A stretch of DNA of 50,546 nucleotides from Parasitella parasitica NRRL 2501 (lineage: Eukaryota; Fungi; Mucoromycota): positions 4,055 through 54,600 of the forward strand of contig MU619399.1 in NCBI GenBank assembly GCA_025201805.1, read 5' to 3'. Below, piece by piece: positions 35,634-48,880 of this stretch. The notes beneath the pieces were generated by a model that did not search any database, had not been told where the DNA came from, and was given only the letters and a program-made list of their open reading frames with translations. The position numbers and the translations under genes are program-made. Numbering within the stretch: position 1 is the first letter of the stretch; each line of letters opens with the position of its first letter.

Positions 35634-36795
35634 TTAAAGTTTTGGAGAACCGTTATTAGCATTGTTGGTTTCAATGACTAATTTTCCAAATTGATCACCG
35701 TTGCTCATTGTGGCTATAGCTTGGTCGATAGATTTATTGTTCAAACCAGTCCAAACGTGAGATACAACAGGCTTGATTTTATAGCGATCAACAAACTGGA
35801 CCATATCCTTAAATTCCTTCCTGGATCCCATGGTAGATCCCCTCATATCAATATTCTTCAGGACATGAGTCATAGAGAATCCTACGCCTTTTGGACTGGC
35901 AGTTTGACCATAGTTAGCAATGATGCCACCAGTTTTCATAAGCCTAGGATAAACATTGTACAATGGTCCACCAGCACCGTCAATGATAGCAGATAGTTGG
36001 TTGCTACCCAAGAGTTTTTTTAATCCAGCAATAAAGTTCTCATCCTTGTAGTTGACACCACCCTTTGCACCCAATTCAATTGCTTTCTTGATCTTTTCAG
36101 AGCTTGATGATGTGACGTAAACGTGAGCACCCGCTGCAACTGCAAACTGAAGGGCTGCTAATGCAACCCCACCACCGATTCCAGTAACAAGCACATGCTC
36201 ATCCTTTCTGACCAAAGCTTTTGTAAACAGGGCTCTGATTTTGGGTCAATTAGTGCTTAAGCCAAAATACACATTAAAGCGGTTACCTGTATGCTGTTAA
36301 CCCAGCTAACGGCAATGCAGCAGCTTCAGCATTAGAGAGATGTTGAGGACATGCAATCAATTCATCGTGATCCATGGCGAAAGGCTCGTCTGTCAATGTA
36401 CCAGCAAATGGCAATAAGCCCAAGATACCAAATGTATTCTCTGGTCCTCGCTCATCTGAGATCCATCCAGATCCAGGGTTTAAGAGAACGCGTTGACCAA
36501 CCGGTAACTCCTTTGTTCCGTTTTCAATGATGTATGCGACAGCATCCGACCCTATAACAGATCCCATTGTAATGCCTGGATACATGCCCTTCAGAATCCA
36601 CACATCTCTATATAAATGTATTAGTTGATGTGTTATTCAAGTGTTTTTATCCAACCTATGATTTAAGGCAGCAGCCTGAACCTTTACTAGAGCTTGATTC
36701 AAAGCAGGTTTGGTTGACGCAATCTCTTTCAGCTCGAATCCATACTTGAATTTGGTTTCGGTTGTGGCAGTTTCAGAAAGAATGACAGATACCAT
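35634..36795 (-). CDS. MDR-superfamily NAD(P)H quinone oxidoreductase / zinc-type alcohol dehydrogenase-like protein (3 exons)
   Basis: VKVQAAALNHRD, GSDAV, AAALPLAGLTAYR, VLVTGIGGGVA, RGSTMGS, QFGKLVI. Confidence 0.9.
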
Positions 36796-36986
36796 AGTGC
36801 TTTGTGAATGTAAAGAAAAAGGTAATTGTCACTATTATGCTTTGAGCGACGTTTTCTTTATATCTACGCATACATGGAATTAGTCAGCATTCTGCCGCCA
36901 TTTTCGCACACTACTGCTCTGTATTTTAATTCCTAGTGCTCCGAAACATTTACCCATCATTCGTTTATTATAAAATCTAATTCTTA

Positions 36987-38589
36987 TCAGGGGGAGGCTG
37001 AAGGAGGAGGAGGTGGAGGTGGTGGTAGAGATGAAGCGGAGGGAGGAGGAGGAGGTGGTGGTGGTGACGGGTTGGAAGACGAACTAGAAGGGAGAGGAGG
37101 AGGAGGTGGCAGTGAAGTGTCACTGGCTGATGAAGGCGGGGGAGGCGTATTTAAACTAGGTTCAGCTGCTACGGCAGCAGTAGGAGGAGCATAACCGTAG
37201 TAGCTATAATACGCATTTGCATCATATTGCTGGTAGCCCTGAGCAGTAGGCTGCTGGCTGTAGTAGCTATTGTAATAGTTATTATACGCTTCATAATCAT
37301 ACCCGGCTGCTGCTGCTGGATCCGATGCGGATGAAGCTGGTGGTTGTTGCGAATAATTACTATAATGATTGTTATACTGTTTGAAGGTCAAGTTAAAACA
37401 AGATTAGAGTTTTCAATAATTAGTATTCTTTTTTGTTTTTTGTTTTGTTTTTTTTTGCTCCCCTTTGCCCTTCTTAATATAATGACACATGCTAAGCAAT
37501 GTATACTTACTCCATTATTATATCCGCCACGGCCAGAGCTGTATCCACCTCTGCTGTACCCGTATTGATTGGGTGGTCCTCGGTCAGCTTCTGCTTTGAC
37601 AGTGTCAAGCAAATCTTGCGTCAGCTTGACACCTGCTTCTAATCCCTCTTCTCTGGCACATCTAGCCCAAATTTTTCCTTTAGTGAATGCCGTCGCAATA
37701 GTAAAGTATACATACGAAACATGAATGTGCAACGGTTCATCTGATTCAACACCGGTGCTAGATTCATAAAATCCAGATCCTTTGCCCTTTAGTTGTACTC
37801 TGCAGCCGGTTTCTTGCTGAATGTGCTTGACAAAAGCGCCATTGGGGCCAACAATCTTGGCACGAAGATTGAAATGAGGTGTTCCGTTCACTTGGACAGG
37901 TAATCTCTTTTCGTGAAATTTTCTTTCTGGCCTCTTTATATCAGGTCTGTCTTCTCTTGGTGGGTAGCCGCTACCTGGAGCAGGTACTTGGGCTGTTTCA
38001 ATTAATTCTTCAATCTTTGCAATTGCCTTGTCGAGTGATTTTTTATCGGGTGCAGTGATATGCAAGTAAAGTGGCGGCTCTCTATCTGACGCCAATTGAA
38101 CATCAGGGTAGTATTTTCCACGCGTAATCACATCTAAGACTTTGTTAGTTAAATGTGCTTAAAGAGTCCGTTTACAATGCTACCTGCTCCAGTTTCTTGC
38201 TGAATCTGCGTCTGAGTGGCTCCTCTTGTCAACATGTATCGGTTTTTCAGGTCGTTGATTGGAATATCTTTGACAAACTCTCCTGTATGCTCAGCACTGG
38301 ATTCCGCATCTTCGTGAAGAGGGATGCCTTTTTGAGCCAACATGGCATTAATTCTAGCTGCTGCTTCACCTGTGTGCATTGTTTGTTTAAAGAGTGCAAC
38401 ATATGCAAAGCTTGGACTTGTTTTACTTACTAACTGCTTTGCTAGGATCAGCCTCAACCTTCATGGTTTTTGAGGAAGGACTAGCATCCCTATGATCGTC
38501 TTGATCCCACTTTCTTTTCCTGGTTGTATGTTAAAACGTATTCCAGCCACACACATGATATTGTCTACTTACTTGGTTGCCTCTGACAT
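36987..38589 (-). CDS. KH-domain protein, KHDC4/BLOM7-like (multi-exon)
   Basis: KRKWDQ, AAARINAMLAQKG, IPINDLKNRYMLTRGATQ, TRGKYYPD..PPLYLHI, KIVGPNGAFVKHIQQETGCRVQLKGKGSGF; Y/Q- and P-rich tail. Confidence 0.87.
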
Positions 38590-39176
38590 GCTCAAAAGTA
38601 AAAGAACCAGACTTTGAAAAAAGTTTTTTTATCACCTCTTTATACTCTGGAAACGATCCCTACCAACACCCAAATTTTCCAGCTGGTTGAATAGGCTCTG
38701 TTTATCGTAATTAAATTTCTCACAAAACACCTCGATAGTCTTTAATGTTGATGACTTTGTTAGCTTTACTACTGTTACATGGCAATGGGATAAACCAAAA
38801 TGAAATTGGCTGTTAATAATACCCCACACTTTGCTATATAGAAGCACTTTAGTTTGATATTGCCGAGCCGCGTACATGTATCTTGTATCGATCTTTTTGA
38901 GCAATGTTCCGCAGCATGCCTTCTTACTCTATATTAAGCAATATAGCATATAATATAATACTGATGATTCCCGTACAACTTGATAGGTATAGCATATGAA
39001 AACGAGAGGCAAAAGATTACAAGCTTGTTCACATGAGAAACGCTCCAATTGTTGCAACATACGCATGTGAAAATGATGGATTCAGCCAACGTGACACAGG
39101 GGCAGAACTGGTGCGCATCCGTATAAATATAAAGCATGCTGCTTTAATTCTTTATCTCTTATACAAGACAAACAAT

Positions 39177-41545
39177 ATGTCGAGCACTAGTACAAGAATA
39201 AAAGTAATCCAGCAGCACTTGACCCCTCGGCAAAGGCAGGCGCAAGCAGTAGAGTAAGTTCCATGCAGTCATCTACGTCGCCCTGAACTAATCACATTCT
39301 ATTCAACAGCCCTGTTAATAGTATGAATGAAGAGCGCGCAAAAGCCGCCTTTCACATTCGTGAATTAACATATCTTCTCGACGGTGGTGAAAAATCAACG
39401 TTGGTGAGTTGAGGCTGAGTAAAACCCCAGGTGCAAATGTATGCTAAATCACTCAAATAGCTCAAGGAACGCTTCATGCAAGACTTTGAAAGGGATCCGT
39501 TATTTAAAATGGACGATATTCATGATATCTCAAAGGAGCAACTTCGTGAAAGAACCATGGAAAAGGTAACCTTTGGGCATTGGTTTATGTCAAAGTTTAG
39601 AGGCTAAGCATTGATATACATTTAGTTTCGCTGTTTGGTGCATCATTTATCAAACGAAAGCCTTGATATTTTCAGAAAGAGAATGGAGATTGTCAGCTTG
39701 ATTGACCCCGGATTCTGGACCAGATTCGGCGTTCACTGTGAGTTTGCCACATTGTCATAATCAAGAATGTATACTAAATTCCAAGACGTAGATGGCTTAT
39801 TCGTGGGTGCTTTACAGAGTAACGCCACTTCTGGCCAACTTGGCTATTGGTTTGAAAAAGGAGCTCTATCGTTATCTGGCATGGTTGGGTGCTTTGCCAT
39901 GACAGAACTTGGTCATGGGTCAAACGTCCCTGGATTGGAGACCACTGCTACATTTGATGAAGCTGCGGACCAGTTTATCATCCATACACCTACTCTCACC
40001 GCCACGAAATGGTGGATTGGTGGTGCTGCTCATAGTGCTACACACTCGGCTGTATTTGCTCAACTCATTGTAAAAGGCAAGATTTACGGAACCAAATGCT
40101 TTATCGTGCCCCTTAGAGACCCTAAGACGTATAACACACTTCCTGGTGTCAATATTGGCGATTTGGGCAAGAAAATGGGCCGTGATGGCATCGATAATGG
40201 CTATATTCAATTTACAAATGTGCGAATCCCCCGTGCATACATGTTGATGAAGCATACCCAAGTCTCTCGTTCTGGCAATGTCAAGGAGCCGAAACTACAG
40301 CAACTGACCTATGGCGCTCTTTTACAAGGACGTGTTGCTATGGTGGTGGATAGTGGTAATGTGTCAAAAAAGGCTCTAACTATTGCCATTCGCTACGCGG
40401 CTATTCGCCGCCAATTCTCCAACTCCAAGTCAGATATCGAAACCAAACTGCTTGATTATCCTATCCATCAAAGGCGACTGATGCCTCTAATGGCTCAAAC
40501 GTTTGCCATGCTATTCACTGGAAACGAGATGACTGCTATGTTCAACAAAATGATGGGTCGTTTGGAAAATGCAAAGACTGACGATCCTGATCTTGCAGAG
40601 GTTTTAGAAATGTTGAAGGAGACTCACTCCACTAGCGCTGGCTTGAAAGCATTCTGTACCTGGAATTGTCTAAGCACAATCGAGGCTTGCCGTCAAGCTT
40701 GTGGTGGTCATGGCTACTCTGCCTACACTGGTTTGGCTGGAATGTACCAGGATTTTGCTGTTCAGTGTACCTGGGAGGGCGATAATACCATCTTAACTTT
40801 GCAACTCGGCCGCTACTTAATCAGCAGCTATCGTGAAGCGCTTTCTGGCAAGAGGCTCTCTCCTGGTGTTGGTTACCTGAACAGCCTTGATACACTGATC
40901 GGTAAACGTTGTAGCGTTACAAATAACGAATTGCTTGTGGACCCTGCAGTGATTATTGAAGGCTGGCAGGTTGTGTGTGCCAATGTCGTTCAAAATGCTG
41001 CATTAGAGTTCCAAGAATGCATTGATCGCGGCCTTGACGTCGATGATGCTTATGAGCAATGCTCTCAATCCAGGCTGTATGCTGCAAAGCTTCACTCGTA
41101 TGGCTATCTGTTTAACAGATTTGTTGATGGGGTTTCCAAGGTGGAAGACAGTTTGAAGTCTGTCTTGATGAGTGTTTGTCTTTTGTATGGCTTTTACACT
41201 GTTGAAGAAAATGCTGGTGCCTTTTTACAATACGAATACTTTTCTCCCAAGCAAGTCGAATTCATTCGTAACAAGACGAATGAGCTCTGTGGTATTGTTC
41301 GAGATCAAGCTATTCCACTCGTGGATTCATTCAATCTGAGTGATTATATAGTGAATAGCCCATTAGGCCGTGCTGACGGTAATGTGTATGTTCATTACTT
41401 TGACCAGATAAAACGATCAAATCCACAGGGCCCTCACCCTTACTTTGAGCGTTTAATCAAGCCTTTAATTGAGCGTCAGTTGGACAATAGCGATATTGAA
41501 GACGAGGAAGCTGGTCTTGAGAGTGAGGATGAGGATGAAGAGTAG
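39177..41545 (+). CDS. peroxisomal acyl-CoA oxidase (5 exons)
   Basis: WTRFGVH, GCFAMTELGHGSNV, KWWIGGAAH, KMGRDGIDNG, CRQACGGHGYS, CTWEGDN; N-terminal PTS2. Confidence 0.96.
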
Positions 41546-41795
41546 TACATTTATATAAATTATAGACATTTTAAATAAACACAAAGACTTGAGATGGAGC
41601 CGTTTGAAACAAGGCTTTACATATGTTGTCAAATTTCACGTATTTTCATAACCTTTGGATTTTATCCCCCATTTACAAGACCTGCGCAAATCAAAGTAAT
41701 CCGAAATTTACGACATTCGTTCTCTTGCATGAATCCTTGATAATACTTGAGTTATCAAAGCTGCCTAAAACCAAGATTTTTGTATGAAAGATTTT

Positions 41796-43937
41796 TTATT
41801 CAAAGATTATAACCTTTGCAACTGAAATATGCTCATCCCATACAACTCTTTCTACGCGTGTAGCCAACTCTCCATCAACATAGACAGTAGGTAAAATACT
41901 GCTGCTGGACTCAAGCTTGAGATAGATTCTATTCTTTTTTGACATGTGAGGCTTTTTGAGAGCAATGTGAACAACTCCATGTTCATTCTCGCCAAGGCTT
42001 TCAATTTCAGACCCAGGGACAATATGGCCTGTAGATCCCATAAATTTATCGCCCTTTGTAGAGATTTTCATAAATGTTCTTGTTTCATGAGGCTTCAAAA
42101 AGATATGAGTTTCAGATGGCAGCCAATCTACACGAGAACCGCTAATTAAGACATTGCTACGTTCGAAAAAGTGCACGTAGTTGCCATCGTCTCCCAATGG
42201 CAGATGAGCAGTGAAAGGCAATGGCGACAGGTTGCTAATAATGATATATCTGCGACTGTTGCATGAGTAGCTCGCTTGGTACACATCATTTCCAACAGAA
42301 ACAACATCAAGCACACGCGCTTCAGGCTTAGGGAAGATAGAGCTATAAAGCTTGTGCTCTTGCTTGTCATATAAATTCACGTTGTCCGACATCAACGTGA
42401 GCTGACCAAACACAATGTTGATGACCAGGAGGGTATGCTTTTCCTCCTTTGTTAGCTTGTTGTTATCGGATCGCACAAAAAATACGTCAGGATCGCTGCC
42501 AAAGATAGTGGAGCTCATTGCCCAGCGGTTTAACGTAGAGGTGATGGCATTGTTTGTAGCAACTCGCTCACGGACATTTGCGATGCGGAGAACCGAGTGG
42601 TCCCACCAGGGAGAAGCGTCGCTGCTCACACGCGAATACTCAAACCTGCCCCAGGTAGACGGTAGCGTGACCCCAGATGCCAGTAATAGCGCTCTTTTGT
42701 GTGTCCATTTGACAATCATATCCATGGCGTCCCACAAGATTTCGCCGCGAGATTTACCACGACGTGGAATCATGGCAGCAGCGAATATAAAGTCCAGCTT
42801 TAAAATCCTATATCCCCACACATCGATGACCTGATCAAACACGTTTTCAAGGTATTTGCAAGCGCCCTCATTGTAAATGTCAATGGCATAGAATCCACCC
42901 CAATTAGGACCTGCAACAACAAACGAACCGTCCGGGTGCTTTAAAAGCCAATCTGGGTGATCCTTGACAATCTTACTCTTGAACCCGACAGCATACGGCG
43001 CCAACCAGATACCCGGTATATAGTTTTGCTCCTTAATCTCATCAGCAAGTTTCTTCATGCCACGAGGAAACTTTACAGGATCCACATCCAGCCAATCGCC
43101 AATCTGCTGCTCGAATCCATCGTCTATCTGGAAGACATCGATAGGATACTTGTGCTGCTTGAAGGCATTCAGACTTGACAACACATCGTCCTCTGTAACC
43201 CGCTCATAAAAATTGTACCAAGAAGACCAGCCTGTCAAGTGGCGAGGATGTCTAAATTCATGCTTGGGGTCGTAATAATCCGCATATCGCTCCCAAATAG
43301 ATCTTAAAGCTTGAGAATCGTCTCTTTGCGCGACAAACAATCTGATGCTCAATGTCTCCCCCTTGTCCAACTGTTTGCCATCAATGTCCTTGTACAAACT
43401 GAATTTGTTGTTGTTCAAATCTGCCTTGTAATACGTATATCCAGACTCCTCGGATGTCGACCCAAAGAATACAATGTGGTTTGATTCTGTGTGTCGCAGA
43501 TAAGTATAACCGGTAGAATGGATGTGTCCTGGTTGCCCGGAATAATTGAAAAAGTCGTAATCGCCCTGGAGGTTGAATTGGGTGATCCAGGACACGACAC
43601 TGGGGATGGCAGAAAGTCGGCCATGTGGGCCCATTTCTTTTGTGGTACTCCAGCACTGGAAGCCTTCTGCCAACATGACCTGCTGCTGCAGGCTCATTTC
43701 GTATTCAATTTCCAAATGCTTCAAGATAATTTGATCTTCTAGAGGCGTGAATTCATATACGACTTGATAGTTGTCAGGGTCAAGCTGTTGAACAGATTTG
43801 TCGACTTTCAGCTGGCCGATGGTTGCCACAGTCTGCAGCAACGGGTGAGTTAAGCTAGTCTCGGAACCGTTTACAGTGTATTTAATATGAGCGATTGAAG
43901 GTGTTTCTAGCAGCAACGTTTCATAAGGCGTTGTCAT
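41796..43937 (-). CDS. GH36 (melibiase-type) alpha-galactosidase, intronless, no signal peptide
   Basis: GFQCWS, GWSSWYNFY, FQIDDGF, KFPRGMKKLA, PGIWLAP, nucleophile motif LKLDF, RVSSD, DPDVF. Confidence 0.85.
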   Translation of the reverse strand: MTTPYETLLLETPSIAHIKYTVNGSETSLTHPLLQTVATIGQLKVDKSVQQLDPDNYQVVYEFTPLEDQIILKHLEIEYEMSLQQQVMLAEGFQCWSTTKEMGPHGRLSAIPSVVSWITQFNLQGDYDFFNYSGQPGHIHSTGYTYLRHTESNHIVFFGSTSEESGYTYYKADLNNNKFSLYKDIDGKQLDKGETLSIRLFVAQRDDSQALRSIWERYADYYDPKHEFRHPRHLTGWSSWYNFYERVTEDDVLSSLNAFKQHKYPIDVFQIDDGFEQQIGDWLDVDPVKFPRGMKKLADEIKEQNYIPGIWLAPYAVGFKSKIVKDHPDWLLKHPDGSFVVAGPNWGGFYAIDIYNEGACKYLENVFDQVIDVWGYRILKLDFIFAAAMIPRRGKSRGEILWDAMDMIVKWTHKRALLLASGVTLPSTWGRFEYSRVSSDASPWWDHSVLRIANVRERVATNNAITSTLNRWAMSSTIFGSDPDVFFVRSDNNKLTKEEKHTLLVINIVFGQLTLMSDNVNLYDKQEHKLYSSIFPKPEARVLDVVSVGNDVYQASYSCNSRRYIIISNLSPLPFTAHLPLGDDGNYVHFFERSNVLISGSRVDWLPSETHIFLKPHETRTFMKISTKGDKFMGSTGHIVPGSEIESLGENEHGVVHIALKKPHMSKKNRIYLKLESSSSILPTVYVDGELATRVERVVWDEHISVAKVIIFE

Positions 43938-43945
43938 CGTATATA

Positions 43946-43946
<1 letters not shown>

Positions 43947-44024
<78 letters not shown>
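43947..44024. repeat. ~78-nt poly(dA:dT) tract
   Basis: direct reading. Confidence 0.9.
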
Positions 44025-44026
<2 letters not shown>

Positions 44027-44080
44027 ATGGAAGTTTTTATTTTATTCTTTTCATGTAGGCCAGGCGGTCATTGTGAAACG

Positions 44081-45211
<1,131 letters not shown>

Positions 45212-47540
45212 ATGAAGTTTGTGTAAACAAAATGAGGGTAAAACTGCAAATATACCATGCAAGCTCAACCTTGCATGTGACGGCAGAAAGCCGCCATACT
45301 GACAGGCCCCGGGGTGCTGCTTCCAACCCCCAAGAAAGGGAGGGGTTTCTTGTCATCAACGAAACAATCAGTTTGGGCAAAAATAATTGTCGCTTTCAAA
45401 AAATCATATTGTCCATTCCCAAAAACCATAATATTCATTTGGGCAAATATGGTTGTATGAAAAAGAAGATTTTTATATGAGTATGTCAGTTAGAACATGA
45501 AACTTTATTTGAGTAAATACCGGTATATGAAGAAGTGAGTTTTATGATCGTAGTTGATTATTTGCCGCTTGGAGTGATTGCAAAAGCCATGCAGATCACT
45601 AACTAGTGACATGAATTAACATTATACTTCTTCCTTTCACTCTAGTCCTTTACAGTGACTTGGCCCACTCTGAAAAAAGCAAACGACATCGTTCTTAAAG
45701 CATTTTTTTATCTGCAAATCTGGTGTGCATGACACACTGGCTTCAAACAATCTGGACAAACCTAATGGTAATAAAAGTTGTATCCACATTAACTACAGTA
45801 TCTTTCTTCAGAATAGACAGAAATCAGTTTGCCCACGTGAGGCCACTCGTCCAGTCTGGACTGATTTTGTTGAGGTTCGCAGGGCCATACCTCACAAATC
45901 AAATGTGCTGCGATTAATAGCTCTCATTTCATACGGTGCCAGTTCCTTTTTCCGAATTTATATTGTTATCTTATGATCTTCATATGGTGATGCTTAATGT
46001 AGTTTTTTGCTTACTAACTTTGGGTCTGTTTCCTTATTTTTTTTTTTTTTATCTAATATGTTTGTAGCATAAAGCAGTGATTTACTTTATTTGAAATTGA
46101 ATATTTAGAATTTCTGATACAATTTTTCAATTTGAAGTATGTGTATCACTACGATTTGATCTAGCAAAGCCAGTATTATGTTCTGTTTGATACTGTTGTT
46201 TCCGTATAGCTGGAACTAAGTTTGTTTGTTGTAATGAGTTAGCCACAGCATTTATGTTCAGAAATAAGCACAGTTAGGATGACATATAATCGGTTTCTTA
46301 CAAGACATGTAACGATGATAGGTATATTGAAGAGTACCAAAATTCAACAACAATTTAAGACTATTAGTAAATTAAAAAAAAAGATGTTGCTCAAAAAGCT
46401 TCAGTATTCACTGCTTTCATTACTTCTTGAGCAGTCTGTATCATGCAATTCAATCCTGTAGTGTACATTTAATTTTTTTTTAATAAACTATTATTATTGT
46501 TATGTCAAAAGTCTGATAAAATAAATCTGCCAAAGAATTACACTTTTATTCATAATACATCGAGAGATGTATTATATACACATTTATTACACTAGGGTTC
46601 CACTGTCTAACTGCATAATGTAAATCATGACTACCCATGATTTACTGTAAGACCCTGGTGTGATGAAGTACAATTATCTAGTAGTAAGGGTAGAATGATG
46701 TACTATGTTAATGGACAGTTGGTGTATCTAATTGTTGACATTGCTATCAGGGTTAACATATTATTAATTAGAACGGAGTGTACAGCTTAACATATTATGT
46801 ATTATTTGAAAGGTTGCTATAAGTAGATTTATAGTTGAAATGGATCTTTCTTTATTGTTATAAACTTTTAAGGTATTTATACTAAATGATATTGTGAAAT
46901 ACATTCACTATGATGATCTGCATTCCACTTCTAGATTCATCCAGTTACCTTAAATTGATATAAACTACATATGCGCACAGATAATAAGATGTGCAATACA
47001 GATTTATACTATATAAGATATAAGCTAGAGATGGCACCATTAGGATGGATGACGCTATAGACTGATACTTATATCTCGACACGAGCCTTAGACATTTACT
47101 AGATTTAGTATATGCTACGAGCTTATGCTATATAAGATCTATGCTTCAGATGCGTATTCCCAGTTTCTAGATACGCACTACAAGACATATACTTATATCC
47201 ATGATACTAGCTACAGATACATAATGTACTACAGACTTGTACAATATGTGCAATGCTATAGATATGCTTATGATATGTTATAGACATGCTACATATACCG
47301 ATATATGCTAAGATGAATACCAAGTGATATACACTCAGACATGTACTATTAATATAGACTGGATAAGACTATACAAGGAATGATATACGCTTATGGATCG
47401 ATATTAATAATCTTCGCATAGAAGATTGATCAGGGTACTACCTCGGGTAAAGTCTATCTCCTCACTCAAATAGATTTAAGTTATCTTGAGTCTGCTGATG
47501 TGTAGGTTAGCACAAAGTTAAGATGCTAGTTACGCAGTAT

Positions 47541-47745
47541 TGTCGTACATGTTAAATTGCGAGAATAGAACATTTATCCACAGTTTAAGTATATAAAGGT
47601 TCATCTACCTGGCCAGTAGATGAACTGGAGCTTTATACACCTGTCGATTTGATAATAAAACCTATACCTTATCAAGTTGACTTTATTGTTTTTTTATTAT
47701 AATTTTTTTCCGTGAATCCATATAACAATTTATACCGATTCCACA
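47541..47745 (+). mobile_element. LTR-like fragment (TATA box, hairpin, AATAAA, ends in CA) abutting the Gypsy pol remnant
   Basis: TG start at 47541 (tentative), TATATAAAG 47590, palindrome 47599-47625, AATAAA ~47654, CA end at 47745 where pol similarity stops; no TSD found. Confidence 0.4.
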
Positions 47746-48880
47746 ACGATTGCTAAACACTCGATTTCAGTGGAGCTGTAATTCTGTTCTGCAGTGGTTA
47801 GTGTTTTGCTTGCAAACGCTATTGGCTTTCCATTCTGTACTAGACAGACTCCTAAACTCGTGTTCGATCCATCGCAATGCAAGTCATAAGGGCAGCTCGG
47901 GTTTGGGTACACCAGTGTTGGTAATGTCATCAATTCCTGCCTAATACTGTCGAAAGCTTCTTGTTGGAACCATTGACATTTCTTGGTTGTGATCTTGAGG
48001 TTGTATCTATTTAGCCGTTCCATCACCCGAGTGACATCTTCTACGTGTTCTTCATAGGTCCTGCTGAAGATTAAAATATCATCACAAAAGTTGCACGTTC
48101 TAGGTAATCCTTTTAACACGATCGACATTAACCTGGCAAAGCTGCTTGGTCCCGTAGAAATCCCGTAAGGTAGTGAAGTAAACTCGTATAATAAGGACCC
48201 GTTGGCTTGGAACGCCGTTCGCTTTCTGCTGCCGTCTGTGCTATTCAAAGGTAGTAGTTGCCAAAATCCTGACTTCAAGTAGCGATATATCCGGGAAGCT
48301 TTTCTAAGAAGTCTGGAATTAGTGGTAATGGGAACTCATCCTTTATGACGACCTTGTTGAGGTTTCGGTAATCGACACAGAATCTGAACGTTACATCTGG
48401 TTTCTTGATCAGTATGACGGGCGAACACCAATCGCTCTGGCTAGGTACTATAACTCCTCCTTTCGCCAGCATAGTTTTCACCTCGGCTGCGCTTGCTGCG
48501 TTCTCTGCTGCTGATCTTCTAAAATCCCTGGTGACAATGGGCTTTGCATCTCCAGTGTTGATGGAATGTTTGTATAGTGCTGTAGTCTTGTTCTGTATTG
48601 TCGCCTCGCTGGTCAGGTTCGGGAGCTTCTTTAATATCTCGTCCACTGTCGTTTCCATGTTGTTGGTGAATTTCACTTGATTCCTTGGCTTGTATAATGA
48701 TGTCTTATATAGCTTCTTTTTCCAACCAATCCATTCCTAGAATGATGTCCTCATTTTGTTGTTCTACCACATAAACATACGCTTTACTTTGTTCTTCCGT
48801 GCCGAATGTAAAATTCATGATTGCCTTCTTTGTCGTCACTATGGCCTCCTGGATGTTCTCGGTAAACATAAATGTGCTCA
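47746..48880 (-). mobile_element. degenerate Ty3/Gypsy retrotransposon pol fragment (protease end, RT, RNase H)
   Basis: DIILGMDWL, HSINTGDAKPI, SDWCSPVILIKK..FRFCVDYRNLN, KSGFWQ, LPYGISTGPSSF, FCDDILIFS, LHCDGS, PIAFASKTL..AEQNYS.TEIECLAIV; frameshift ~48277 and internal deletion. Confidence 0.93.

Noticed and set aside
46855-47728. Element with TTGTTATA/TATAACAA termini and TTTA flanks
   Set aside because: Short AT-rich match expected by chance; conflicts with the pol junction at 47745
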